Notes: generated from the letters alone by a model not told the origin. Shown: positions 40,647 to 55,422, numbered from the stretch's first letter. The stretch is DNA of 64,000 nt from an uncultured Alphaproteobacteria bacterium (GCA_963732795.1 CAVTAV010000001.1:230927-294926), one strand, 5' to 3'. A program made the numbers and translations.

Positions 40647-42344
40647 CTAGAACAGGCCGAAGATGTCCCCGTTGGCGTCCACGCCGATATTGTTGGCGGC
40701 GGGAACGCGGGGCAGACCCGGCATGGTCATGATCTCGCCGCAGACCACCACCAGGAACTCCGCGCCGGCCGAAAGCCGGACCTCGCGGATCGGCAGCACA
40801 TGGTTGGTCGGCGCGCCCTTCAAGGTCGGGTCGCTCGAGAAGCTGTATTGGGTCTTGGCGATACAGACCGGATATTTGCCGTAGCCGGCCGCCTGATAAT
40901 CCTCGAACTGGTTGCGGACCTTCTTGTCGGCGATGATATCGTCGGCGCGATAGAGCTCCTGGGCGATCGTCTTGACCTTGTCCCAGAGCTTCACGTCGTC
41001 GCCATAGATCGGCTTGAACTTGGCTTTGCCGCTGTCGGCGAGCTCGACGACCTTCTTGGCGAGCTTGGCCGTGCCCTTGCTGCCGTCGGCCCAATGGGTG
41101 CACTCGATCGCCTCGACGCCGAGCTCGGCGCAGGCCTTGCGGATCACGTCGAGCTCCGCGTCGGTATCGGTGATGAAGCGGTTGATCGCGACCACCGCCG
41201 GCACGCCGAACTTGCTGACATTCTCGATGTGGCGGGCGAGGTTGGCGAAGCCCTTCTTGACGGCCGCAGTGCTCGGCGTGCCCAGGTCTTCCTTCTTGGT
41301 GACGCCGCCATGGGACTTGAGCGCCCGGACGGTGGCGACGATCACGACCGCCTGCGGCTTCAGCCCGGCCTTGCGGCACTTGATGTCGAAGAACTTCTCC
41401 GCGCCCAGATCCGCGCCGAAGCCGGCTTCCGTCACCACGTAGTCGGCGAGCTTCAACGCGGTCTTGGTCGCCATGACCGAGTTGCAGCCATGGGCGATAT
41501 TGGCGAACGGGCCGCCATGGATGAAGGCCGGGTTGTTCTCGAGCGTCTGCACGAGATTGGGCATCAGCGCGTCCTTGAGGAGCGCCGTCATCGCGCCTTG
41601 GGCATCGAGCTGCTTGGCCGTGATCGGTTTCTTGTCGCGGGTATAGCCGACGACGATATTGCCGAGCCGGGTCTGGAGGTCTTCCAGACTGGTCGCCAGA
41701 CAGAAGATCGCCATGACCTCGGAGGCGACCGTGATGTCGAAGCCGTCCTCGCGCGGGAAGCCGTTGGCCGCGCCGCCCAGGGAATTGACGACGCTGCGGA
41801 GCGCCCGGTCGTTCATGTCGACGACGCGGCGCCAGGTGATGCGGCGGGAGTCCAAGCCGAGGGCATTGCCCCAATAGATGTGATTGTCGATCAGGGCGGC
41901 CAGCAGGTTGTTCGCGGCGCCGATCGCATGGAAGTCGCCGGTGAAGTGGAGGTTGATGTCCTCCATCGGCACGACCTGGGCGTAGCCGCCGCCGGCCGCG
42001 CCGCCCTTGACGCCGAAGCAGGGCCCAGGCTCGGCTCGCGCAGGCACATCATGCGCCTTCTTGCCGATCCGATTGAGCGCGTCGCCGAGGCCGACCGTGG
42101 TCGTGGTCTTGCCTTCGCCGGCGGGCGTCGGGTTGATCGCCGTCACCAGGATCAGCTTGCCGTCCCGCTTCCTCAGCTTGCTGATATAGTCGAGTGAGAT
42201 TTTCGCCTTGGTCGGCCCGTAGCGGAACAGGGCCTTGGGCGGAATTCCGAGCTTTGCTGCGATTTCGTCGATGGGCTTGGTCTTGGCGGCGCGGGCGATC
42301 TCGATGTCGCTGCCTTGCGCCTTCGATTTCTTCTTAGTGGCCAC
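40647..42344 (-). CDS. fhs: Formate--tetrahydrofolate ligase
   Basis: 565-aa ORF with ...[10 protein letters not shown]... and the ...[27 protein letters not shown]... signature. Apparently intact, with possible compensating indels near residues 95-110. Confidence 0.85.
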   Translation of the reverse strand: MATKKKSKAQGSDIEIARAAKTKPIDEIAAKLGIPPKALFRYGPTKAKISLDYISKLRKRDGKLILVTAINPTPAGEGKTTTTVGLGDALNRIGKKAHDVPARAEPGPCFGVKGGAAGGGYAQVVPMEDINLHFTGDFHAIGAANNLLAALIDNHIYWGNALGLDSRRITWRRVVDMNDRALRSVVNSLGGAANGFPREDGFDITVASEVMAIFCLATSLEDLQTRLGNIVVGYTRDKKPITAKQLDAQGAMTALLKDALMPNLVQTLENNPAFIHGGPFANIAHGCNSVMATKTALKLADYVVTEAGFGADLGAEKFFDIKCRKAGLKPQAVVIVATVRALKSHGGVTKKEDLGTPSTAAVKKGFANLARHIENVSKFGVPAVVAINRFITDTDAELDVIRKACAELGVEAIECTHWADGSKGTAKLAKKVVELADSGKAKFKPIYGDDVKLWDKVKTIAQELYRADDIIADKKVRNQFEDYQAAGYGKYPVCIAKTQYSFSSDPTLKGAPTNHVLPIREVRLSAGAEFLVVVCGEIMTMPGLPRVPAANNIGVDANGDIFGLF

Positions 42345-42496
42345 GTTAACCTCTCAATTTGTGGAAATTCCGCTGGAGACCCTCGCGGCGTGCGCCGCTT
42401 TAGGGGCGGCACTTTATCGCCTGACCGCGCTATCGTCGAATCCTATATGGACGAATTGCGCGCCGGCGAGGATATCGTCGAGAGGATGCCTAAATT

Positions 42497-43856
42497 CTAA
42501 GCGTCCGGACGAGCAGCCTTGCGGTTATAGGCAGGGATTCCGACTGCTAGCACGATCACCGCCAGCACGCAGGCAACGGGTGCCACGATCGAGATCGATC
42601 GGCCGACAGCGGCATCGGCGTGGAAGACATAGTCGGTAAAGGCGGAGACCGCGGAGGCTGCCGACCGTGTTGCCGAGGATGGTCACCACGACCATATAGA
42701 TCGCGATGACCTGGCCCCGCATCTCGTTAGGCGTGACCGACTGAAGCGCCGCCTGCACGAGGTCCGACCGGCGCGCTCAGACACAGCACCAGAAGCGCGA
42801 AGCAGCCCATCGACCAGTAGGGATTGTCGCCGTAGAGAAGAAAGACGCCGGGGAAGACCGCAACGACTGCCGCGGCGATCATCAGCTTGCTATAGACCGC
42901 CTTATCGGCCGCGCTTCATCAGCATGCCGGCGAGCACGCCGCTCAAGGCCAGGCCGCCGGTCCCGAAAAGTATCGTGATGACGCCGATATCGATGCCGAT
43001 CCGGTCCATCTTCCAGCCATAGACGCGGCGGAACATGGTCGGCGCCCAGCTGAACGTGCCATAGGCCGCCATCGCCGTGAACGCTGCGCCCACCATCAGC
43101 GTGACATAGACGATCCAGTGCTCCCTGAGATACTTCGAGGCGTCCAGAAAGGCCGCAAACGCGGTCGCGTGGTCCGTTTGGGACCGCCGTTCGCGGCGGA
43201 CCGGCTCCTTGATGGTAAGCATCAGCAGCACGACGAGAAGGCCCGGCAACGCGACGATCACGAAGGCCAGTTGCCATGGCCTGAGCGTGCCCAAGAGCGC
43301 GATCGTGGTCGCGCCGGCGGTCGCCGTATAGGCAGCGACGAGGCCGCCGAACATGTTGGCGAGGCCCGCGCCCGTCTGAACGCCCGCCGAAAAAACATTG
43401 ATCGGCAGGCCGCGCTTCTCGGGCGGGAAATAGTCCGAGATGATCGAAATGGCCGAGGGCGAAAGGGTCGCCTCGCCGACGCCCACGCCGATCCGCGCCG
43501 CGAAGAGCTGCCAGTAGCTGCCGGCCATGCCGCAGGCCGCGGTCATCAGGCTCCAGAGTCCGATACCGACTGCTGCGATGGCGCGGCGGCTGCGCCGGTC
43601 CGCCAGCAGCCCGAGCGGTATGCCCAGGACGCCGTAGAAGATCGAAAAGGCCGCGCCCATGGATCAGGCTGTATTCGAAGTCGGTGATCTGCAGATCGTG
43701 GCGAATCGGATCGACCAGGAAGACGAGGATCGTCCGGTCCACGAAGGACAGCGTATAAGCCAGGTACAGAATGAAGATGACGTACCAGCCATAGACCGGG
43801 AGACGGATAGCCGCCGGGCCCCGGCCGGGCCTTGGGATGATAGTGAGGGTCGCTCA
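42497..43856 (-). pseudogene. MFS transporter, paralogue 1, multiple frameshifts
   Basis: Fragments MSDPHYHPKARPG..., a 252-aa core (42902-43660), and a C-terminal ...LQSVTPNEMRGQVIAIY... fragment in three frames. Confidence 0.65.
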
Positions 43857-43878
43857 TCGGGCGGGCTCCAGCGTCGGC

Positions 43879-45212
43879 TCAGACGCCGATTTCTTCGGCG
43901 GAGCGCTTGAAATACTTGATGCCGATCAGGAGCGAAGCGATGCCGACGATCGTCGCGGTGGTGCCGACGATGGCGATCGACTTGCCGACATCCGCCGGAT
44001 CCTTGAAGAAGAAGTCGGTAAACGCGGCCACGACCTGATTGAATATGCCGTTGGCGGTGATGTTCAGGATCAGGAAGTAGATCGCGATGACCTGACCGCG
44101 CATCTCGTTCGGCGTCACCGATTGCAGCGCCACCGGCCCGAGCCCGACATGGAAGGACAAGCCGGACATGATGACTACGAGGCAGCCCATGGTCCAATAC
44201 GGATCGTGGACCGCCACCAGCAGAACGAAGCCGACCAGCGCGAGGCATTCCGCACCGATCATCAGCTTGCTGAAGACCGCTTCGACGCCGGCCTTGAGCA
44301 TCTTGGTCGCGAGAACGCCGCTGACGACCAGGCCGATCGGGCCGAAGACGGCGATGATCGTGCCGAAATAGCTGCCGAACTGGCCCCGGCTCCAGCCGAA
44401 ATTGCGGTCGTAAAAGGCCGGCATCCAATTGATGATCGCGTAGTTCGAGCTTGCGAACAGCGACACGCCGACGATCAGGGTGATATAAGTGCCCTTGATG
44501 GCTGCGGATATAGTCGAGCGTGTCCGCGAATCTGCGCCTCGGCGCGACGCTCGTGCCGGGCGGGTTCCTTCAGGGTCAGCACCAGAAGCGCGATCACGAG
44601 GCCGGGAATGCCGACCATCAGGAAGGCGAATTGCCAGGCCTTGACGGTGCCGAGCACGGGGACGGTTTGCGGCCCCATCGACAGCGCGGCCTGGGTCGCC
44701 AGCCCGCCGAACACATTGGCGAGGCCCGCGCCGACCAGAATGCCGGCCGAATAGACATTGAGCGGCAGGCTGCGCTTCTCGCGCGGGAAATTGTCGGTGA
44801 TCATCGAATAGGCGCAGGGCGACAGGGCGGCCTCGCCGACGCCGACGCCGAAACGGCCGAGGAAGAGCTGCCAGTAATTCTTGGCGACGCCGCACCACGC
44901 AGTCATGACGCTCCAAACCGCGATGCCCGCGGCCATGATGTTGCGGCGATTATGGCTGTCGGCGAGCCGGCCGATCGGAATGCCGAGCACCGTATAGATG
45001 ATGACGAAGCCGAACCCGCTCATGAAGGCGAAGGCCGAATCCGAGATATGAAAGTCGGCTTTGATCGGATCGACCAGGAAGGCGAAGATCTGCCGGTCCA
45101 CAAAGGACAGCGTATAGGCCAGGAACAGGATGGCGACCGTGTACCAGGCCCTAGCGGACGACGGATAAGACGGCGCCGAACCGGCGCCGGCTACGCGAGA
45201 ACTGTCACTCAT
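43879..45212 (-). pseudogene. MFS transporter, paralogue 2, at least one frameshift
   Basis: MSDSSRVAG... from the ATG at 45212 (GGGAGG RBS) with ...LAYTLSFVDRQIFAFLVDPIK.... The C-terminal half (43879-44916) is in another frame and contains the same LQSVTPNEMRGQVIAIY motif as paralogue 1. Confidence 0.65.
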
Positions 45213-45425
45213 TGAGTTTTGCCTCCCCCCGGAAACGCGCATTGACCCTCTAGCTTGACGCGGGCAAGCAGCTTTTGTGATCGACTTGGCAATGTCAAGG
45301 AAATCGGGCGGCGCGGCGGTGAGGCGTCGATACGACGCGCAAAATTCCGCGAATCACCGTGGCGAATCTGCGTGTGCCGCGGCTAATGCCGTTAGGTATA
45401 GAGCCTTAGCCCTAGAGTGCTGGAC

Positions 45426-45643
45426 CTAGGCCGAGAGGTTCTTCAGAGTCTCGGGATCGGCGAAATAGACGAGTTCGAGACGGCGAGCATAGGTGATCGC
45501 CTCTTCGCGCGTCGGGAAATCGCGCCTGAAGCTCCAGATTGTCCGGCAAAGTGAAGGGCGAAATCGCGGACGAAGTCGACGATCCGTGTAGCGGTCACTT
45601 CACGCCGTTCGTTCTTGACGAGCAGTACGCCGTAGCGGTTCAC
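45426..45643 (-). pseudogene. Small hypothetical protein (~72 aa), probable internal frameshift
   Basis: GTG start with an AAGAGGA RBS, then VNRYGVLLVKNERREVTATRIVDFVRDFALHF.... A second frame ends ...EEAITYARRLELVYFADPETLKNLSA. Confidence 0.3.
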
Positions 45644-45960
45644 AGTTTCATATCCTCTTGGTTCTTGGACGCCCGATTCTGGGTTAATCACTTGGCGTCA
45701 ATGGGTTTTTGGCGATTTAGACACGACCTACCCTTGTGGACCTTAACATAAGGCATTCAGCCCGGATCTCAAGCCGATATTGCAATTTCTTGACAATGAA
45801 CGGAATTCGCCGTCTTTTGGCCGCAATTCGTTGATGTTGTTCGCCATTAGTGGAATGATGCGTTCGAAGCCGGAAGTCCCACCCGGGCACATCCTTCCCG
45901 TGCCCACGGCTTCGGGGCCGGGTTGCCCTCTCAGGAAAATCAACAAGGGGAGACATCGGA

Positions 45961-46267
45961 TGCAAGAGAATCTCCGTACGCTTACCAAGGTACTTGTTAG
46001 TCGTCGGACCCGCGGTCGCTTTCGCGGGTTGCGCCACGCTCAGCGACGCCGACAAGGCGACGCTGAGCAAGGCCAGCTCGGATGCCGCGTCCGCGCAGCA
46101 GCAGGCCGCAAGCGCCCAGTCTGCTGCTCAGCAGGCTGCTCAACAGGCTCAGGCATGCTGCCGACGCCGCCAAGGCCGCTCAGCAGGCTGCCGAGCAGGC
46201 TGCCGCCGAGGCCCGCGCGGCTTCGGAGAAGGCCGAACAGGTCTTCAACCAGCGCCTCAAGAAGTAG
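45961..46267 (+). pseudogene. Ala/Gln-rich small lipoprotein, two frameshifts
   Basis: MQENLRTLTKV / LLVVGPAVAFAGC (lipobox) ATLSDADKATLSKASSDAASAQQQAASAQSAAQQAAQQAQ / AADAAKAAQQAAEQAAAEARAASEKAEQVFNQRLKK across three frames. A GGGACGC-caat-GCGTCCC hairpin lies after the stop (46300-46320). Confidence 0.5.
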
Positions 46268-46383
46268 AGCTTCTCCAGGACAACCTGGCTAAACGGGCCC
46301 GGCGGGACGCCAATGCGTCCCGCCGGGCCCGTTGCGTTTTGTGACGTTGGTTGCTGCACCCAATTCCGCAAGACTGGATGCCA

Positions 46384-46412
46384 GCCTCTGCCGGCATGAC
46401 GACGGAGGAGGC
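46384..46412. repeat. Dispersed hairpin repeat, partial inverted copy 3
   Basis: The reverse complement of 46384-46412 is tcgtcatgccggcagaggctggcatccag. Confidence 0.55.
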
Positions 46413-46414
46413 GG

Positions 46415-47378
46415 CTACTCCGTAATCCGCACCGGCACCCCGTCGCGGATGCGGGAAGCCTGGATCACGGCGTGCCAGTCGATATGCGAGGCGTCCTGGC
46501 CGGCGACGGCGAGGACGATCTCGCGGATGTTCTTGACGTCGTCGGGGCCGTATTTGCCGGTTTCCTCGAGCTCGTCGATCTGCTTCAGGCTCGGGGTCAC
46601 CTCGAGATAGAGCGCGCCGGCATGCCAGCCGAGCTTGACCTCCTGGGAGACCACGGTCACCGGCGTGCCGACCTTGGTCCAATGGAACAGCCGTTCGATA
46701 TCCTCCGGGATACATGCGGATGCAGCCATGGCTGACCCGGCGGCCGACTCCCGGCGGCTTGTTTGTGCCGTGGATGAGATATTGGGCCCAGGAGAGATAA
46801 AGCGCGTAATCGCCGAGCGGGTTGTCCGGCCCGGGGGCGACTGCATTCGGCAGGTCCGGGTTCTCCTCATGCGAGGTCTTGGTCGGGTACCAGATCGGAT
46901 GCTTGCGCTTGCGCATGATCTTGGCGGTCCCGGTCGGCGTCTCCAGCCCGTCGCGGCCGATCCCGATGGGGAAGGTCGCGACCCGCTTGCCGTTATGAGA
47001 GAAGTAATAGAGCCGCATCTCCGAGAGATTGATCACGATCCCCCGATGCTTGCTCGCCGGCAGGAGATGGGATCCCGGAACCACGATGGTCCGGCCTTCG
47101 CCCGGAATGAAGGTATCGATGCCGGGATTGGCGGCCTTGAGCTCGTCGAATCCCACGTCGTATTGCCGGGCGACGTCGATCAGCGTCTCTTTGCCCTGGA
47201 TAATGTGAAGCTTGGTCGAGCCGACGAGATCGTCGGTGACGTCATAGACGGCCACGAAGGGCGCGTCCGGCTCCTTGCCGATATCCGCGAGATTGGGGAC
47301 GGCGGCAACGCTTTGGGCGCAGCCCGCCGCATATCCAAGCGACAGGCACACGGCGACGGCGAAGATGGAAAAACGCAT
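46415..47378 (-). pseudogene. L,D-transpeptidase (YkuD/ErfK family) with an N-terminal LysM-like region, one frameshift
   Basis: Signal peptide MRFSIFAVAVCLSLG.... YkuD catalytic motif ...YLIHGTNKPPGVGRRVSHGCIRMYP. A C-terminal ~140 aa follows in a second frame (46415-46870). Confidence 0.7.
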
Positions 47379-47512
47379 CGGTCCAGACGCACTCACAAGG
47401 TCGAAATTGTTCCCGGTCATTCAATTCGTCGGCCCTCTATACAAATTACCCGGTTAAGAACGGCACGAAAAGGGTAAGATGCCTCGCTGCCGTTCGCGGC
47501 AGGTTCTAAGGT

Positions 47513-47741
47513 TTGGGGAAGACGACATTGAAGTGCCTATTGGAAGCAAGCGATATGGTCCAGTTGTCCTGGGTTCAGGCCCTGCTCAAGGATTCGGGGA
47601 TAGCCTCCGTGGCCTTCGATTCCAATATGGGCCAGATCGGCCTTGGTCCCATGGTTCGCCCTCGCGTGATGGTCGCCGACGAGGATCTCGGTGGCGGCAC
47701 GGCAAATCCTCGACGAGGCGAAGATCGAGTATGAGAAGTGA
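47513..47741 (+). pseudogene. DUF2007-like small protein, C-terminal frameshift
   Basis: ...MVQLSWVQALLKDSGIASVAFDSNMGQIGLGPMVRPRVMVADEDL.... The last ~15 aa are in another frame, ending ...ARQILDEAKIEYEK. Confidence 0.45.
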
Positions 47742-48477
47742 GGCCGGCGTCACCGAGGACGGCATTCTCGGCAACCGCATACGCCTGCGCCAGCCCAGGG
47801 ACGGCGAGCGCGCGGCGATCGACCCGGTCTTCCTGGCGTCTGCTGTTCCAGCGTCGACCGGCGACACCGTCATCGATGTCGGGAGCGGGTCCGGCGTTGC
47901 CTCGCTGTGCCTTGCCGAGCGGGGCCAGGGCTTCGGTATCGCGGCGCTCGAAATCCAGCCGGATTTGGTCGAGCTCGCCCGCGAGAATGCAGCCCTGAAC
48001 GGGTACGGGGACCGGATCACCGTCTATCCGGGCGACCTGATGCAGGCCCGATATTCTTTCCCGACCGGCTCCTTCGACCACGTCATGACCAACCCGCCTT
48101 ATTTCGAGCCGGGCGAAAGTTCGCCTTCGCCGAACGAAGCGCGCCGCATGGCCCATGTTCAAAATGGCGGCGGCCTTGCCGACTGGATCGAGGCCTGCCT
48201 CGGGCTGGTCCGCGACGGCGGCACGTTGACGGTCATCCACCGCGCCGAGCGTTTGGGCGCGCTTCTCGGGGCGCTGGAGCCCCTGGCGGGCGAGGCGAGC
48301 ATCTTCCCGCTCTGGCCGGGCTCGGCAAAACCCGCCCGTCGCGTGATCGTGCGGGCCCGCAAGGGAATCCGGGCGCCGTCTGTGCTTCATCCTGGGCTCG
48401 TGCTTCACGGGCCCGACGGCGGCTATACGGTGGAGGCCGAGCAGATCCTGCGTCACGCGCAGCCGCTCGTTTTCTGA
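47731..48477 (+). CDS. N6-adenine-specific methyltransferase, tRNA1(Val) m6A37 methyltransferase (YfiC/TrmN6)-like
   Basis: MRSEAGVTEDG... with SAM-binding VIDVGSGSGVASL and the NPPY motif (VMTNPPYF). Confidence 0.7.
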   Translation: MRSEAGVTEDGILGNRIRLRQPRDGERAAIDPVFLASAVPASTGDTVIDVGSGSGVASLCLAERGQGFGIAALEIQPDLVELARENAALNGYGDRITVYPGDLMQARYSFPTGSFDHVMTNPPYFEPGESSPSPNEARRMAHVQNGGGLADWIEACLGLVRDGGTLTVIHRAERLGALLGALEPLAGEASIFPLWPGSAKPARRVIVRARKGIRAPSVLHPGLVLHGPDGGYTVEAEQILRHAQPLVF

Positions 48478-48520
48478 GGCCAATCTTGTTCGCGGCCCAC
48501 CCCGGGACTATCTTGGCGCG

Positions 48521-49405
48521 ATGACCGATCCGAGCTCAGACTCGAGCCAGCCCACGCCACGCGGCGGATTTCTGCGCCGCCGGCCCGTCGTCGCCGTGTT
48601 GCCGCTCGTCGGCGCGATCGCCGTCGGCGGGGGCCTCCGGTCGACCTTTAGTTACCGCGACACGGTCGACCGGATCGAGCGCGCCTTCGGAATGAAGCGG
48701 CTGCGCGCCGTGGCGCTCGTGGTGAATTCGCCGGGCGGCTCTCCGGTGCAATCCGCGCTGATCTTCAAGCGCATTCGGGCCCTGAGCGAAGAGAAGAAGA
48801 TCCCGGTCGTCACCTTCGCGGAAGATGCCGCCGCGTCGGGTGGCTATATGCTGGCTTTGGCGGGCGACGAGATCTTCGCCGATCCTTCCTCGATCATCGG
48901 CAGCATCGGCGTCATTTCGGCGAGCTTCGGCTTTACCGCCCTGATGGAACGGCTCGGCGTCGAGCGGCGGCTTTTGACCGCGGGCGAGCATAAGGCGATC
49001 CTCGATCCCTTCAGCCAGTTGAAGGAAGACGACGTGGCGCGGGTCAAGGCGATCCAGGCCGATATCCACGAAACCTTCAAGTCGATGGTGCGCGAGCGCC
49101 GCGCGGGCAAGCTGACCGAATCCGAGGACAAGCTGTTCAACGGCAATGTCTGGAGCGCGCTCGAAGCCCAAAAGCTCGGCCTGATCGACGGGATCGGCGA
49201 TGTCCGATCCGTCATGCGCGCGCGGTATGGCGAAAAGGTCGAGCTGAAGCTGGTCGCCGCGCGTCAGTCCTGGCTGAAGCGACGGCTTGGCCTTTCCATG
49301 CTTGACGCCGGAGACCGGGAGCGCTCTTTTGGGCTCGGGGGCGCCGCGGAGGAACTTCTGACCGCCATCGAGGCAAGGGCCCTCTGGGCGCGGTACGGGC
49401 TCTAA
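48521..49405 (+). CDS. sppA: S49-family peptidase (SppA, 36K type)
   Basis: 294-aa intact ORF with ...VVNSPGGSPVQS... and ...EDAAASGGYMLALAGDEIFADPSSIIGSIGV. Confidence 0.8.
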   Translation: MTDPSSDSSQPTPRGGFLRRRPVVAVLPLVGAIAVGGGLRSTFSYRDTVDRIERAFGMKRLRAVALVVNSPGGSPVQSALIFKRIRALSEEKKIPVVTFAEDAAASGGYMLALAGDEIFADPSSIIGSIGVISASFGFTALMERLGVERRLLTAGEHKAILDPFSQLKEDDVARVKAIQADIHETFKSMVRERRAGKLTESEDKLFNGNVWSALEAQKLGLIDGIGDVRSVMRARYGEKVELKLVAARQSWLKRRLGLSMLDAGDRERSFGLGGAAEELLTAIEARALWARYGL

Positions 49406-49432
49406 GAGAACCGTCTCTGGGAATAGTCGAAC

Positions 49433-49658
49433 ATGTTGGGACTGTCGTTGCCGAAAATACTGATTCTTGCGGCCATCGTCGATCGCAATCTGGTACTGGT
49501 CGAAGGGTCTGCGGCAGGACGCCAAGTCGAGCCGCGAGGAAGAGCCGCCGCAACCATAATACCGGTACGGAAACCCTCACGGCCTGTCCGGTCTGCAAGG
49601 CCTATGTCGTCGAAGATTCCGCCAAGTCCTGCGGCCGGCCGGACTGCCCGTATTGAGC
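49433..49658 (+). pseudogene. Small membrane-anchored CxxC...CxxC zinc-ribbon-like protein, frameshifted
   Basis: The N-terminal TM MLGLSLPKILILAAIV... is in one frame. The C-terminal ...CPVCKAYVVEDSAKSCGRPDCPY is in another. Confidence 0.5.
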
Positions 49659-49768
49659 GGGCGGGCCGCCGGCCCGTTCAGCTTGACCGTTCTCAAGCCT
49701 CTGTTTACCTTCCGCGGCGATATTTCTCGCCTAGCCGGTGACCCCACACCCTCGGAGTTTTCCCTCTC

Positions 49769-50653
49769 ATGGCGGCGAAGCACGCCTCTTCGGCCCCGAG
49801 TTTTCAGCGAACTTATCTCTAAGGCTGCAATCCTACTGGGCGGAGCAGGGCTGCGTCATCCTGCAGCCCTATGACGTCGAGATGGGGGCGGGCACATTCC
49901 ATCCGGCGACGACCCTGCGCTCGCTCGGCCCGAAGCCCTGGAAGGCGGCCTATGTCCAGCCGAGCCGGCGGCCGACCGACGGGCGTTATGGCGAAAACCC
50001 CAACCGGCTGCAGCACTACTACCAGTTCCAGGTGATCCTGAAGCCCGCGCCGGAGAACATTCAGGACCTCTATCTCCAAAGCCTCGTGACGCTCGGCATC
50101 GATCCCGAGAAGCACGACATCCGCTTCGTCGAGGACGACTGGGAAAGCCCGACGCTCGGCGCCTGGGGTCTCGGCTGGGAAGTCTGGTGCGACGGCATGG
50201 AGGTGACCCAGTTCACCTATTTCCAGCAGGTCGGCGGCATCGACTGCAACCCGGTCTCGGGCGAGATCACCTACGGCCTCGAACGCCTGGCCATGTATAT
50301 CCAGGGCGTCGACGATTTCCGCGACCTCGACTTCAACGGCGCGGGCGTCACCTATGGCGACGTGTTCCTGGAGAGCGAGCGGCAGTTTTCGGCCTTCAAT
50401 TTCGAATACGCCAACACCGAAATCCTGTTCCGGCATTTCAAGGACGCGCAGGAGCAGTGCAGGCTGCTCGCTCGAGAAGAAGCTGCCGTTGCCGGCCTAT
50501 GACCAGGCGATCAAGGCGAGCCATGTGTTCAATCTGCTGAACGCGCGGGGCGTGATCTCGGTCGCCGAGCGCCAGGCCTATATCGGCCGGGTCCGCGAGC
50601 TGGCCAAGGGCTGCTGCGAGGGCTGGCTCGCGCATGAAGGGGCGAACCGGTAG
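49769..50653 (+). pseudogene. glyQ: Glycine--tRNA ligase alpha subunit, at least two frameshifts
   Basis: [13 protein letters not shown]..., then ...[32 protein letters not shown]... in a second frame. The C-terminal ...[41 protein letters not shown]... is in a third frame. TAG/ATG junction with glyS. Confidence 0.8.
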
Positions 50654-52733
50654 ATGGCCGAGCTCCTCCTCGAGCTGTTCTCCGAGGAAATCCCCGCCCG
50701 GATGCAACCGCAGGCGACGGCGGATCTCGAGCGGCTGATGACGGCCAAGCTGAAGGAAGCCGGGCTCGACTTCACCAGCATGAAAGGCTTCGCGACGCCG
50801 CGCCGGCTGACGCTCGTGGTCGACGGGCTGCCCGATGCGCAGCCGGATGTCACGGAGGAACGCAAGGGCCCGCGCGCCGATGCGCCGGACAAGGCGGTCG
50901 AAGGCTTCCTCAAGTCGCTCGGCACTCAAGCGTGAGCGATGTCGAAGTCCGCGAGACCGACAAGGGCACGGTGCTGTTCGCGGTCATCGAACGCAAGGGC
51001 CGTCCGACCCCGGATGTCGTCGCCGAGATCGTGCCGGAGATCATTCGCAGCTTCCCGTGGCCGAAATCCATGCGCGCCGGCATGGGGAATTTGCGCTGGG
51101 TGCGTCCGCTGCATTCGATCCTGTGCCTGTTCGACGGCAAGGTCGTGCCGTTCACGATCGAGGGCGTCCGGTCGGGCGACGTCACGCGCGGCCACCGCTT
51201 CATGAGCCGCGGGCGAGATCAAGGTGAAATCCTTCGCCGATTACCGGGCGAAGCTCATCGCGAGGCGCATGTCATCCTCGATGCCGAGGAACGCAAGGCG
51301 ATCATCCTCGGCGGCGCGGAGCGTCATGCCGCCAAGGCAAAGCTCGAGGTCATCCCCGACGAGGCGCTCGCGGTCGAAAATGCCGGCCTGACCGAATGGC
51401 CGATCGTGCTCTCGGGCGACTTCGACGACGCCTTCCTCGACGTGCCGCAGGAAGTGCTGACCGCGACCATGCGCGGCCAATCAGAAGTATTTCTCGCTGC
51501 GCGACCCGAAGACCGGCAAGCTCGCGCCGAAATTCATCATCGTCGCCAACCGCGAGACCAAGGACGGCGGCAAGGCGGTGATCCACGGCAACGAGCGGTG
51601 CTCCGCGCGCGGCTCTCGGACGCGAAATTCTTCTGGGACCAGGATCTGCAAGATCAGGCTCGAGGACCGGCTGCCGAAGCTCAAGGACATCGTGTTCCAC
51701 GAAAAGCTCGGCACCATGGCCGACAAGGCCGAGCGCCTGGCGAAGCTCGCGCGCTTTCTCGCCCAGCACATGGTCGGCTGCGAGCGCCGCCCACGCCGAA
51801 CGCGCCGCCCGGCTCTGCCAAATGCGATCTGGTCAGCGGCATGGTCGGCGAATTTCCCGAGGTCCAGGGCGTCATGGGCGGCTATTACGCCGAGCGCGAA
51901 GGCGAGCCCGAGGAGGTCGCCGCTGGCGATCCGCGAGCATTACAGCCCCAAGGGCCCCGACGACGCCTGCCCCAGCGCGCGCATCTCGATCGCAGTCGCG
52001 CTTGCCGACAAGATCGACGCGCTGGTCGGCTTTTTCGGCGCGGGCGAACGCCCGACCGGCTCGAAGGATCCCTTCGCGCTCGGCGCGCGGCGCTGGGCGC
52101 CATTCGGCTGATCGTCGAGAACGGTGTCCGGCTTCCGCTCGGCAAGGTCATCGAGGCCTCGCTGGCGAGCTATACCGACGGCGGCGTGACGCTCGGCGAT
52201 CCGAAGGAGGAGCTGATCGCTTTCTTCGCCGATCGCCTGAAAGTGCAGCAGCGCGAGAAGGGCGTGCCGCTACGATCTGATCGATGCCGTGTTCAGCCTC
52301 GGCGGCGAGGACGATCTCGTGCGGCTTCTGGCGCGGGTTGCCGCGCTGCAGTCCTTCCTCAAGACCGACGACGGCGCGAATCTGCTGACCGGCTATCGCC
52401 GCGCGGCGAATATCGTGCGCATCGAGGAGAAGAAGGACGGCATCGCCTATGACGGCGTCGTCAAGCCCGAGCTGCTTGACCTTGGCCGAAGAAAAGGCGC
52501 TATACGAAAAATTAGGCGCCGCTCGGGGAGAATTGCGGGCGGCGATCGCGATGGAGGATTATGGCGAGGCGATGAAGGCTTTGGCGCGTCTGAGGGGGCC
52601 GGTCGACGCCTTTTTCGACAACGTTACTGTCAATGCCGATGACCTTGCCACGCGCGAGAACCGTTTGAATTTCCTGTCCGAAATCCGCCGCGTCATGCAC
52701 ACGGTCGCGGATTTTTCCAAAATCGAGGGATAA
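50654..52733 (+). pseudogene. glyS: Glycine--tRNA ligase beta subunit, many frameshifts
   Basis: [18 protein letters not shown]... N-terminus, a recognisable central region ...MGGYYAEREGEPEEVA..., and a C-terminal ...[30 protein letters not shown]... The fragments are spread over all three frames. Confidence 0.75.
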
Positions 52734-52741
52734 GCCGGCCG

Positions 52742-55404
<2,663 letters not shown>

Positions 55405-55422
55405 GGCCGAGGGCGCGGCGGC

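Noticed and set aside
40614-42197. 527-aa plus-strand ORF
   Set aside because: It is antisense to fhs, which matches formate-THF ligase along its full length.
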